In this document: in pieces, positions 22,938 through 31,377 of the stretch
Numbering within the stretch: the first letter of the stretch is position 1
Layout: every line of letters starts with the position of its first letter
IMG/VR virus record: IMGVR_UViG_3300044825_001916
Coordinates: 1 to 63,439 of that record
Length of the DNA: 63,439 nt
Strand: one strand, 5' to 3'
From: a virus
Taxonomy: Duplodnaviria > Caudoviricetes
Program-made: the position numbers and the translations under genes
The notes under the pieces: generated by a model
Database searches by the model: none
What the model saw: only the letters and a program-made list of their open reading frames with translations
Told to the model about the DNA's origin: nothing

Positions 22938-23343
22938 GGTTCTCGCGCAGGCTCGGCGCCTGCACATGCACGTCATGAACGGCGGCAACGTCACGGCGAT
23001 CGACATGTCGCGCCTGGTGCAGGGCATGGAGCGGCTGCAGGCTGAACGTGTTCACATTATCGACCTCGCCCACCTAGCCATCGAGTACGCCCGCAAGCAG
23101 GCCTATGCCGACGCAAGGGGCCACATCGAGTTCGCTGCCGAGTGCGCGCCTTTCGTTGAGCGGTTCAAGAAGGCCGCCCGCGCTGCTCTTGGGGAGCTCA
23201 ACTCAATCAGCGACAACCCGCCGCCTTGCCCCAACCCAGAGCAAGCTTGCCGCCAGTATCAAGCGACGCCCGGCGTTTGGGTTTGCAGCAATTTCGGATG
23301 CGCGCGAATGCCGAAGCAATTGAAGGAACAAACCCATGAATGA
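22927..23343 (+). CDS. mosaic protein (AHLAIEYA module + Cys4 module)
   Basis: Shares modules with 23542-23979 and 23972-24244. Confidence 0.6.
   Translation: MSDEVLAQARRLHMHVMNGGNVTAIDMSRLVQGMERLQAERVHIIDLAHLAIEYARKQAYADARGHIEFAAECAPFVERFKKAARAALGELNSISDNPPPCPNPEQACRQYQATPGVWVCSNFGCARMPKQLKEQTHE
23057..23195 (+). repeat. diverged duplication, copy 1 (copy 2 at 24093-24231)
   Basis: IDLAHLAIEYA...ARAALGE vs IHLAHIAIEYA...ARAALGE; aligns at DNA level. Confidence 0.85.
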
Positions 23344-23355
23344 CATCGTGGAGCG
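23176..23355 (+). repeat. near-identical duplication, copy 1 (copy 2 at 23812-23991)
   Basis: AACTCAATCAGCGA..CCAGAGCAAGCTTGCCGCCAGTATCAAGCG..TGAATGACATCGTGGAGCG, offset 636. Confidence 0.92.
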
Positions 23356-23545
23356 TCTGCGCTTAGATGCAGAACCTACTGAAAGCGACATGGAAGAAGC
23401 AGCTACCGAGATCGAGCGGCTTCGGGTCGAGCGGGCCCGGCTGCGGTTGGCGCTGCGGATCATCGCTGGTTACGAGCAGTGCCTTGATAACTTGATGAGC
23501 AATGGTGATCTCGCCCGCGCAGCACTCGGGGAGGACCAGACATGA
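23336..23545 (+). CDS. 'DIVERLR'-family protein
   Basis: MNDIVERLR...EAATEIERLR...ARAALGEDQT. Confidence 0.7.
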   Translation: MNDIVERLRLDAEPTESDMEEAATEIERLRVERARLRLALRIIAGYEQCLDNLMSNGDLARAALGEDQT

Positions 23546-23979
23546 CCGACATTGTGGAGCGGCTGCGGGTCGGAATTCACATCAGCGTTGACGAAAACAT
23601 GCTGCGAAATGAAGCCGCCGACGAGATCGAGCGGCTACAGACCGAGCGCGACCTGCTGCAAATCAATATCGTCCTACTTGAAGCAACCGGCGCCGACGCC
23701 TCTGACGAGATCGATCGGCTGCGGAGGGCGCTGCGCGCTTTAGCCGATATCGACGGTAGTCCAGCTAATGTGGCGAACGCTGAAGTGTTGGCCTCAAGGG
23801 TCCGCAACTGCGCCCGTGCCGCACTCGGGGAGGCCAACTCAATCAGCGATAACCCGCCGCCTTGTCCCAACCCAGAGCAAGCTTGCCGCCAGTATCAAGC
23901 GATGCCCGGCATTTGGGTTTGCAGCAATTTCGGATGCGCGCGAATGCCGAAGCAACTGAAGGAACAAACCCGTGAATGA
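23542..23979 (+). CDS. 'DIVERLR'-family protein with Cys4 module
   Basis: MTDIVERLR...EAADEIERL...CPNPEQAC..CSNFGC. Confidence 0.7.
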   Translation: MTDIVERLRVGIHISVDENMLRNEAADEIERLQTERDLLQINIVLLEATGADASDEIDRLRRALRALADIDGSPANVANAEVLASRVRNCARAALGEANSISDNPPPCPNPEQACRQYQAMPGIWVCSNFGCARMPKQLKEQTRE

Positions 23980-24244
23980 CATCGTGGAGCGGCTGCGGGC
24001 CGAGGGCGCGCTGGCCGGGCATTACGACGCGCCGGCCATCCAGCGCGAGGCGGCCGACGAGATTGAGCGGCTGAGGGCAGAGCGCGACAGGCTTATCCAC
24101 CTTGCCCACATAGCCATCGAGTACGCCTACAAACAGGGCCATGCAGAAGCAAAGGGCCACATCGAAGTTGCTGCCGAGTGCGCGCCTCTCGTTGAGCAGT
24201 TCAAGAAAACTGCCCGCGCTGCGCTCGGGGAAAACCAGACATGA
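23972..24244 (+). CDS. 'DIVERLR'-family protein
   Basis: NDIVERLR...EAADEIERLR...ARAALGENQT. Confidence 0.7.
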   Translation: MNDIVERLRAEGALAGHYDAPAIQREAADEIERLRAERDRLIHLAHIAIEYAYKQGHAEAKGHIEVAAECAPLVEQFKKTARAALGENQT

Positions 24245-24450
24245 TTACTAACACCTGCGTTTGTGCCAGTGTCATTTGCGCCAAGAACGGATGCCAGAAG
24301 TATCCATCCTATTCGATACTGAAAATGGGGTTTGCGGAGCCCGCTCCGATGCAGGTCGGTTGCATCTGCCCACCGGGTGCTAACCGCGAGTGCGAGAACC
24401 CGGCTTGCCCACGCAAGAATTGGCACGCAGCAAAGGATGACCGTGCATGA
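24241..24450 (+). CDS. small Cys-rich protein
   Basis: 8 Cys, including GCICPPGANRECENPACPR. Confidence 0.6.
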   Translation: MITNTCVCASVICAKNGCQKYPSYSILKMGFAEPAPMQVGCICPPGANRECENPACPRKNWHAAKDDRA

Positions 24451-24833
24451 CCGACGCATGGGACGGGCGCCCGCAGAACCCGGAGCGTGATGGGTGGCAT
24501 TGGCTGGCAAGTTCCGAGGGGCCGGTACCTGCGCTCTGGGCACGTCCTGCATGGCGCCATTGTCGCGACTTCTGGATATCGCAGGCGGAACCGGAATGGA
24601 TGGTGCGTCAAGGCTGGCGCTACCTCGGCCCCTGCCTGATGCCTGCTGAAGTCGAGGCCGAGCGCGACCGGCTGCGGTCTAGCGCCTTTCCTGCTGCTGC
24701 TGCGGCAGTGCGGCGGATGGCTGCCCGGATGCGCGCGATGGACCCGGTGCGGATCGAGGTGCTGGCGACCGTCGCGGCACTAGAGCAGGCCGCCGACATG
24801 CTGGAGGCGAAGGGCCAGGAGGATCGACCGTGA
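24447..24833 (+). CDS. WDG-domain phage protein
   Basis: WDGRPQNPERDGWHWL...YLGPC; related to C-terminus of 20586-21140. Confidence 0.65.
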   Translation: MTDAWDGRPQNPERDGWHWLASSEGPVPALWARPAWRHCRDFWISQAEPEWMVRQGWRYLGPCLMPAEVEAERDRLRSSAFPAAAAAVRRMAARMRAMDPVRIEVLATVAALEQAADMLEAKGQEDRP

Positions 24834-25072
24834 GCGAAGACAACGTGGTGATCTTGCCGGTGATCACCACCATTCCGATTCCCGTGGAGCGCATCCTCTC
24901 GCAAGCCGCGAAGGCTGACCTGAAGCTGTGCATCATCATCGGCGAGAAGGAAGACGGTTCGCTCTACTTCGGAAGCAGCGAGCCCGATGGAGGAGATGTT
25001 CTGTGGCAGCTGGAGAAGGCGAAGATGGCGCTCATGCGGATCGGCGGCGCGTGGCCGGAAGATCCCACATGA
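24830..25072 (+). CDS. conserved hypothetical phage protein
   Basis: NVVILPVIT..IPVERIL...DG.LYF.SS...LW.LE.AK. Confidence 0.7.
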   Translation: MSEDNVVILPVITTIPIPVERILSQAAKADLKLCIIIGEKEDGSLYFGSSEPDGGDVLWQLEKAKMALMRIGGAWPEDPT

Positions 25073-25536
25073 CGGCGGAAGAGTGGGCTGATGCCATCTA
25101 TGAGGCCACCGGGTGGACGGTGGGAGCCAACTTGGCGCAGGCCATTGGCGGCATGATCGAGGCGCAGGCGCATCTGGCGCGGCAGGAGAGGAAGGCGATG
25201 CTCAACAAGGAAGTGACGACGGATTTTGCGGACGGGTTCCGCTCCGGCTTTGAGGCGGCACGCGTGCAGCTCGAGGCGGCGGTGACGAAGGCCCTCGGGG
25301 AGTACAAGTCCGTCCTGAAGGCGATGCGTGCGGTGCAGTTGCCTGAGCCGGCGGAGGAGAAGCGAGAGCTGGACGAGCTGCGCGCGGCGCTGCTTGATTG
25401 TTCTGACGACCTGGCGGCCGAGATCGAGGCGCGCTACGCCGGGACGCAGGATCTGTATCCGAGCGAGAAGCAGCGCTTCGATCGGGACATGGCGTCGGTC
25501 ACGACGGCGCGCGAGCTGCTGGCGAGGGGGGCCTAG
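25069..25536 (+). CDS. hypothetical protein
   Basis: ATGA coupling; last gene of rightward operon. Confidence 0.55.
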   Translation: MTAEEWADAIYEATGWTVGANLAQAIGGMIEAQAHLARQERKAMLNKEVTTDFADGFRSGFEAARVQLEAAVTKALGEYKSVLKAMRAVQLPEPAEEKRELDELRAALLDCSDDLAAEIEARYAGTQDLYPSEKQRFDRDMASVTTARELLARGA

Positions 25537-25733
25537 CCCCCTCGCTCCGGCGGCGGGTTCTTCTCGTGCCAGCGGCCGGCGCGCTCGAGCCAGGCGGCGA
25601 CGTTGTCGGGGATCCTGACGGCGCCGCGGGCCCACTGGCGGACGGTGCCTTCCTGACGGCCGAGGGCGGCTGCCAGGCCGCGCTGCGACCAGCGCAGCGC
25701 GTCGAGGCATTCGCGGAGACGGGTGGGGGTCAT
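25533..25733 (-). CDS. XRE/Cro-like HTH protein
   Basis: MTPTRLRECLDALRWSQRGLAAALG...TVRQWARG...IP..VAAWL. Confidence 0.8.
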   Translation of the reverse strand: MTPTRLRECLDALRWSQRGLAAALGRQEGTVRQWARGAVRIPDNVAAWLERAGRWHEKNPPPERGG

Positions 25734-25921
25734 CAGTATTCCTTTCCAGACTGGTCGGTGATGCGGTGCTCGAAGCCGCGGCCTTCCTGGTGCATGCGGC
25801 GCTCCATCTCTGCGCGCGCTCCATCGAGGCTTCGGTGGCTGGACACGACGCCCCAGCCGAGCGGTGCGGGGCACTTGGCGCTGATGGCCCAGGTGCGGTT
25901 GAGTTCGACGCGGTAGGTCAT
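25733..25921 (-). CDS. hypothetical protein
   Basis: MTYRVELN; TGATG coupling to the HTH gene. Confidence 0.5.
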   Translation of the reverse strand: MTYRVELNRTWAISAKCPAPLGWGVVSSHRSLDGARAEMERRMHQEGRGFEHRITDQSGKEY

Positions 25922-25925
25922 GGCG

Positions 25926-26138
25926 TCAGGCCTCGCTCTTGAAGGGGGCATGGAACAGGAAGCTGTGGGACAGCGTGAAGGCGAACCAGGGTGCGATGAC
26001 GCCGTCGGCGCTCAGCGCTGCCCTGGGGAACCACGCTTCGCTGGCGTTGCCCTTCACCAGGATCGCCTTGGGCGTCTCGCGGACGACGGCGACCTTGGTG
26101 CTGCTGCCGGTCTGGCTGGTCAGTGTGATGATCTGCAT
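25926..26138 (-). CDS. hypothetical protein (RETPKAILV...WFP)
   Basis: RBS AGGAGG; common small phage motif. Confidence 0.65.
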   Translation of the reverse strand: MQIITLTSQTGSSTKVAVVRETPKAILVKGNASEAWFPRAALSADGVIAPWFAFTLSHSFLFHAPFKSEA

Positions 26139-26188
26139 GGCGGGCCTCCTGCACCTCGTTGCGCCGGGCGGGGCGCCTCGGCTCCCAG

Positions 26189-26240
26189 TCTTGTACGCAC
26201 CTCGCGGACAGGGCTCAAGAGAGAAAATTGTACATTCTCG
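26189..26240 (-). promoter_or_regulatory. putative promoter with operator-like palindrome
   Basis: Minus strand TTGAGC-N17-TACAAG; adjacent GAGAAAATTGTACATTCTC. Confidence 0.4.
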
Positions 26241-26262
26241 AAAAAAGTTTCGAGCGGCCCGG

Positions 26263-28581
26263 TCAGGCCGCCTCGTAGATCTTGGTCGGTGCGCCCCGCT
26301 GTCCCACCCGCTGCAGCCGCACCGCGATCTGGCCGGCGTCGACCAGCGTCTGCATGACCTCCTCCCGCTCCCGCTTCTTCAGCCACTGCGTCGCCCGCGC
26401 CAGGTCGGAGCCCGTGATCGAGCCCGCACGCTTCACGATCTGCAGCACCTTCTTGTGCGTCGCCTCGGTTTCGTTGTCGGAGACCTGATCGTCGAAGAAG
26501 CCCTCAGCGTAGCTCAGCAGCCAAGCCACGAGATCCCGGCTCATGCCGATGATCTCCTGCGTAATCACGGGCCGCACCGGGTCACGGGCGATCGCCTCGA
26601 TCATCGCGATCTTCGTCGACAGCTCCGTTGACCGGACCCAGATGTATCGCCCCTGGCGGCCGCGCTCGCGCTCCGTCAGCTTGATCGCCTTCAGCTCGTC
26701 GAGCGCGTCAGGATCCCAGGCCACCGAGATCAGGGACACGGCCGACGCTGACAGGTGCTGTTCGCCCGCCAGGTTGCCGCCCGCCTTCTTCACCTCCCAG
26801 CTCGCCTTCAGCGCGTCCACCAGCGCCGGCGGAGGCGTGCGGGTGCGCTCCACGAAGCGGAACTCGGGGTAGTCCTCGAAGGGCGGCACCAGCAGGATGC
26901 GCGACAGCATGCCGTTCTCCGCCATCGCCGGCTTCAGCGCAGGCGCCAGGCTGGAGGGGGTCGTGGATCCGAACACGTTCAGGTTCGGGTTCACGAGGTC
27001 GACCCGCTCGTTGGCTTTGTTGTCGACGTACTCCTGGCCATTGTAGATGCCGGACGACGACGAGAAGAGTTCGAGCAACATCTTCACGATGCCCCGCTGG
27101 TGCGGGCTCGCGGTCTTCATCGCGACCTGCTCCAGCATCAAGCCCAGCTCGTCCATGTGCGAGATGCGGCTGGGGTAGTCCTTCAGCGCGCGCAGCATCG
27201 CGCTGCCGGAGGAGAAGCTGTCGCCGCACAACAGCTTCTCGAGGCCCGACGCCATGAACAGGCTCTTGATGCACTGGCGGCTGTGGTCCTTGCCCATGCC
27301 GGGCTTGGCGATGGCCACCGCGTAGAGGTTGCTGCGCGTGTCGGTGAACTCGGTGCGGTAGCGCCGCCCGTACATGGTGCCGAGCGCGACGATCGCGTTC
27401 ATCAGCGCGAAGGTTGGCAGCGGATCCTGCGCGGTGCTGACGATCCAGCGGGTGATGTCACCCACCAGGGACCGGGTGTCGAACCAGTCGTGCGGGAAGG
27501 TCTCGCGCGAGCCCGGCGGCAGATCCTTCGGGTTCTTCGCCGGAGGAGCGGGAGGCGGAGGAGGCGGCGGAGCCTGGCGAGCTGGCGGGGCTGCTTTCAC
27601 CCGCAGCTTCGAGGTGTCGATCGGGTTCTCGGCGATCTCGGCCTTCTCAGGGTTCAGCGCGACCTCGAAGGGTGGCACCCATCCCTGCTCCATTGCAAGG
27701 TGATAGATCGTGCCAGCCCCGATCCTGCGGGGCGGGCTGCGCCGGTAGCTGGCCCAGCGCTCGCGGCAGGCGGCCGCGTCGTACTTCGACGAGGTCGAGG
27801 ACCAGCCGTCGAACACGTCGAAACCCTGGCCGCCCGTGGCGGCGTAGACCGCCATGCCGACGCGGTTCCAGTCCTCCCAGTGCAGGTCCGGGTTCGGGAT
27901 GGCCTCCAGCGCCAGCGCGACAGCCTCGGGCGTGCCCTCCAGCACGGGGTTGGCCATCGGGGCGCCGGCGGCCGGCCCCTGCTCCAGCGTCCCGGCCATG
28001 TCCGGCGGCAGGATCTCGCGGACGCGCCGCAGAACCTCCTCCAGCTGCTCAGGCGTGCAGGGCGGGAGATCCTCGAGGGGGATGTCCGCCAGGTGCTCGA
28101 TCGGCCACGCGTAGGGCTTCTGCGTGTCGGGGTGCGTGGCATAGGCGACGAACTGCTGGCCCTCGCCGAGCACCTCCAGCGGGCCGACGCGGCGCTTGCG
28201 CATGCGGCCACCGACGGCGCGGTAGTTCAGCATCATCTTCGGCGCGCGACCGACGCGCACGGCGGGCGTCTCGCCCAGCACGCCGACGATGCAGGAGCGC
28301 AGGCGGAAGGACAGCTCCTCGTCGAGCGTGTCGATATCGAACCCGACGACATCGCCGCACATGATGCCGATGCCCGCGCCAGGCCAGCGCTTCCACAGGT
28401 TCACCTGATAGGCGTTCGCGGGCTGGTCGAGGTAGCGCTCCCAGCTCTGCATGTTCCGCCATCCGCCGGAGGACGACCAGACGCCGGGCTTCTTGCTGCC
28501 GGGCATGATGGGGATGATCGAGTAGCCGTTGTCGATCAGACGCTCGCCGTGGAGCTGGAAGTAGTTCGGGCTGTCGGACAT
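26263..28581 (-). CDS. primase-polymerase (Prim-Pol) + PriCT-2 + DUF3987-type helicase
   Basis: GY.IIPI.PGSKKP, GIGI.CG.VVGFDID, GQQFVAY..HPDT..PY.W; W..VGMA...FD.WS....KY; AKPGMGKD, DE. Confidence 0.88.
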   Translation of the reverse strand: MSDSPNYFQLHGERLIDNGYSIIPIMPGSKKPGVWSSSGGWRNMQSWERYLDQPANAYQVNLWKRWPGAGIGIMCGDVVGFDIDTLDEELSFRLRSCIVGVLGETPAVRVGRAPKMMLNYRAVGGRMRKRRVGPLEVLGEGQQFVAYATHPDTQKPYAWPIEHLADIPLEDLPPCTPEQLEEVLRRVREILPPDMAGTLEQGPAAGAPMANPVLEGTPEAVALALEAIPNPDLHWEDWNRVGMAVYAATGGQGFDVFDGWSSTSSKYDAAACRERWASYRRSPPRRIGAGTIYHLAMEQGWVPPFEVALNPEKAEIAENPIDTSKLRVKAAPPARQAPPPPPPPAPPAKNPKDLPPGSRETFPHDWFDTRSLVGDITRWIVSTAQDPLPTFALMNAIVALGTMYGRRYRTEFTDTRSNLYAVAIAKPGMGKDHSRQCIKSLFMASGLEKLLCGDSFSSGSAMLRALKDYPSRISHMDELGLMLEQVAMKTASPHQRGIVKMLLELFSSSSGIYNGQEYVDNKANERVDLVNPNLNVFGSTTPSSLAPALKPAMAENGMLSRILLVPPFEDYPEFRFVERTRTPPPALVDALKASWEVKKAGGNLAGEQHLSASAVSLISVAWDPDALDELKAIKLTERERGRQGRYIWVRSTELSTKIAMIEAIARDPVRPVITQEIIGMSRDLVAWLLSYAEGFFDDQVSDNETEATHKKVLQIVKRAGSITGSDLARATQWLKKREREEVMQTLVDAGQIAVRLQRVGQRGAPTKIYEAA

Positions 28582-29012
28582 CAGAGGGGTGCCACCGTCA
28601 CGATCAAACAGGGCTGCTGGGAATAGGTCTTGCGAGCGACGATCTCGACGACCTGCGCGTCGTCGCGAAAGACCACCGTGTTCAGCGCGTCGAGCGCGGC
28701 CTTCACGGTGTTGTCGAGGTCGGGCCGCTTCATCGGGAAGGCGCGCTGCGCGAGCGCGTCGGCAACGAGCCGCTTCGTGGCGGAGCGCGGGATCCCGAAT
28801 TGCGCGTCGACCTCGATGCGGACGGGGCCCTCGAAGGGCAGCACGCCGGCGTCGGCCATCGCGGTCTGCGCTTCGTGACGGATCATCGCTTCGTACATGC
28901 GCGTCTTCTGCGGCGTGAAGGCGACCGATCGGCCATTCGCCAGGCGGCCGATGCGCGCGCGGCCCTTGGCCTGGGGCTCGCCTGCGATCTTGATGACGAG
29001 CGGCTGGGTCAT
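28581..29012 (-). CDS. rusA: RusA-family Holliday junction resolvase
   Basis: P.AKGR.R...TP.KT..YE...RPDLDNTVKAALDALN...DDAQVV. Confidence 0.92.
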   Translation of the reverse strand: MTQPLVIKIAGEPQAKGRARIGRLANGRSVAFTPQKTRMYEAMIRHEAQTAMADAGVLPFEGPVRIEVDAQFGIPRSATKRLVADALAQRAFPMKRPDLDNTVKAALDALNTVVFRDDAQVVEIVARKTYSQQPCLIVTVAPL

Positions 29013-29398
29013 GTGAAGTCCGACGCCGTCAGCTCAAGGCCCGTGATGATGTTCACCGCCTCAAGGGATGCTGGAGAGGGGACGACGCTGCCTCGGATCC
29101 ACTGATGCACCGAGGTGTGGTTGACGCCGAAGGCGCGAGCAGCTGCCGATGCCGTCATTCCTCGGCTGTGCATCCATCGCACGAGCGCGGCTGCGCCTTT
29201 CGACATATGGCTGGTCTCTGCCCATACGGTCACGGGGACGTGTCCGCGGGTTTTCTCCTCAATGGAAACCGCGAGCCTGGGATGCGGAACGCGAACGCCA
29301 CGCACCCACCGCCCGACGGCAGCTCGAGACACGCCGATCTCGGCTGCAAACGCGGCATATGATTGCTCGTTCCGAGCGAGCCAGTCCTTGAGGTTCAT
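29009..29398 (-). CDS. tandem Cro-like HTH regulator
   Basis: Two HTH repeats (FAAEIGVSRAAVGRW; AARAFGVNHTSVHQW). Confidence 0.75.
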   Translation of the reverse strand: MNLKDWLARNEQSYAAFAAEIGVSRAAVGRWVRGVRVPHPRLAVSIEEKTRGHVPVTVWAETSHMSKGAAALVRWMHSRGMTASAAARAFGVNHTSVHQWIRGSVVPSPASLEAVNIITGLELTASDFT

Positions 29399-29489
29399 CG
29401 CGATAGCCCTAACATTTTGGCGCCCCATTCATTGAAAATACGTCCACGCTCGTCCACCGACGTGCGCGGGCCTGCTGGTGTAGCGTGGA

Positions 29490-29564
29490 CGATGTACGCC
29501 CCTCCCCCTCGCTGTCAATATGGCGACAGGGGTGTTGACAGGTCGGCAACACGGTGCCTATGTT
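29490..29564. promoter_or_regulatory. back-to-back divergent sigma70 promoters
   Basis: TTGACA on - strand (29513-29518) and on + strand (29535-29540) with TATGTT at 29559. Confidence 0.6.
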
Positions 29565-29622
29565 CGGGACGTGACGCGCCACGAAGCGCACCACAACGCG
29601 AACCTGAACCGGAACCGAGACC

Positions 29623-30024
29623 ATGAACATCAAGAACCGCACCCTCGAGGACGTTGCCGCCGATCTGATGGCCGCCCGTTCGCTCGAGAAGGCCGCCACT
29701 GAACAGCGCATCGCGATGGAGGAAGAGCTGATCGCTCTGCTCGGCGCGAAGGCTGAAGGCGCCGACACCCACAACATCGGCCCCTACAAGGTCGTCATCA
29801 CCGGCAAGCTGAACCGCAAGCTGGACCTGAAGCGCTACGACCAGATCGTCGATCGCATCCCCGAGCAGCTCCGCCCCATCAAGGTGAAGCGCGAGCTGGA
29901 CACGACCGGCATCAAGTACCTCGCGAACAACGAGCCCGACATCTACGCCCTGCTCGCCAACTCCGGCGCGCTGACGGTCGAGCCCGCGAAGACGTCCGTC
30001 ACCATCATCCGCACGGAGGACTAA
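29623..30024 (+). CDS. conserved protein of Sak4-type recombination modules
   Basis: Coiled-coil N-terminus; position ahead of AAA ATPase. Confidence 0.65.
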   Translation: MNIKNRTLEDVAADLMAARSLEKAATEQRIAMEEELIALLGAKAEGADTHNIGPYKVVITGKLNRKLDLKRYDQIVDRIPEQLRPIKVKRELDTTGIKYLANNEPDIYALLANSGALTVEPAKTSVTIIRTED

Positions 30025-30026
30025 GA

Positions 30027-30794
30027 ATGGCCATCAGCCTCAACTCGCTGCGCCGCACCGGCGTGGCCCGGCCGCCGCGCATCGTGCTCTACGGCACGGC
30101 CGGCATCGGCAAGACCACCTTCGCGGCGGCCGCGGAGGCCGCCGTCTTCATCCCGACCGAAGAGGGTCTGGACGCGATCCAGGCGGACGCGTTCCCGCTC
30201 TGCAAGACCTTCGAGGACGTGATCGACTGCCTCACCTCGCTGATCGTCGAGGACCACAAGTTCCGCACGGTGGTGCTCGACAGCGCCGACTGGACGGAGC
30301 GGCTGATCCACGGGCGCGTCGCGGCCGACAACAACGTCGCGACGATTGATGCGATCGGCTACGGCAAGGGCTACAAGGCGGCGGTCGACTATTGGCGGCA
30401 GATCCTCGACGGGCTCGACGTGCTGCGCAACGACAAGGGCATGCAGGTGATCCTGCTGGCCCACTCGCAGATCAAGCGCTTCGACGACCCGCTGTCCGAT
30501 CCTTACGACCGCTACCAGCTCGACCTGCACTCGGCGGTGGCGAGCGTGGTCACCGAGTGGTGCGACGCGCTGCTGTTCGCGAACCAGCGCTACAGCACGG
30601 TGAAGTCGGAAGTCGGCTTCAACCAGAAGGTCACGCGGGCGGTCGGGAATGGCGACCGCGTGATCTACACGCAGGAACGGCCGGGCTGGCACGCGAAGTC
30701 CCGCTGGCCGCTGCCTGACACCATGCCCCTCGACTACTCGAAGTTCTCCGCGTCCCTGATGGACGCGATGACGAACATCCAGTCTGAAGCCTGA
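30027..30794 (+). CDS. Sak4-like AAA ATPase (ssDNA annealing)
   Basis: YGTAGIGKTTFA, TEEG, LDSADW, GYGKGY, LAHS, EWCD, AKSR. Confidence 0.88.
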   Translation: MAISLNSLRRTGVARPPRIVLYGTAGIGKTTFAAAAEAAVFIPTEEGLDAIQADAFPLCKTFEDVIDCLTSLIVEDHKFRTVVLDSADWTERLIHGRVAADNNVATIDAIGYGKGYKAAVDYWRQILDGLDVLRNDKGMQVILLAHSQIKRFDDPLSDPYDRYQLDLHSAVASVVTEWCDALLFANQRYSTVKSEVGFNQKVTRAVGNGDRVIYTQERPGWHAKSRWPLPDTMPLDYSKFSASLMDAMTNIQSEA

Positions 30795-30816
30795 AACCGA
30801 GAAAGGATCTCACACA

Positions 30817-31326
30817 ATGGCACGCCTTGGCTTTACCTTCGACAGCTCCAACCAGCAGGGCCAGGACACGAACGACGTCCTCCCCGCCGGCGACTACATC
30901 ATGCATGTCGTCCAGTCCGAGGTCCGCGCGACCAAGGACGGTAGCGGCCAGTACGTCTGGATTGAGTTCGACATCCTCGATGGCGAGCACCAGGGCCGGA
31001 AGTACTGGGACCGGCTGAACATCTGGAACTCCAACCCGACGGCGGCAGAGATCGCCAACCGCGCGCTGACCTCGCTCACGCGGGCGTGCGGCCTGGTGGC
31101 GATCGAGGACACCGAGGAGCTGCACTTCAAGCCCATCAAGGTTCGCATGGGCGTCAGCAAGCGCAAGGACACGGGCGAGCTGCAGAACCGCGCGACCTAC
31201 TTGCCGCTGCAGGATGGGGGCGCCGCCCAGGCTCCCCGCGCCCCGGCCGCTCCGGCTGCTGGCCGCCCGGCTCCGACCGCGTCTGCCGGCGCGAAGGCGC
31301 CGCCCTGGGCCGCGCACCGCAAGTGA
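30817..31326 (+). CDS. DUF669-type ssDNA-binding protein
   Basis: LPAGDY...EFDILDGE..GRK.WDRLN...PPW C-terminus. Confidence 0.85.
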   Translation: MARLGFTFDSSNQQGQDTNDVLPAGDYIMHVVQSEVRATKDGSGQYVWIEFDILDGEHQGRKYWDRLNIWNSNPTAAEIANRALTSLTRACGLVAIEDTEELHFKPIKVRMGVSKRKDTGELQNRATYLPLQDGGAAQAPRAPAAPAAGRPAPTASAGAKAPPWAAHRK

Positions 31327-31333
31327 TCTGAAC

Positions 31334-31360
31334 GGGCGGGGCTTCGGCCCCGCCCACCCT
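31334..31360 (+). terminator. GC-rich hairpin after SSB gene
   Basis: GGGCGGGGC-TTCG-GCCCCGCCC; weak U-tract. Confidence 0.5.
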
Positions 31361-31377
31361 CTCGCGAGCGCAGGACC

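Noticed and set aside
23057-24231. Duplicated segments as a DGR template/variable repeat pair
   Set aside because: Mismatches are mostly C/T transitions rather than adenine-specific, and no reverse transcriptase is present.
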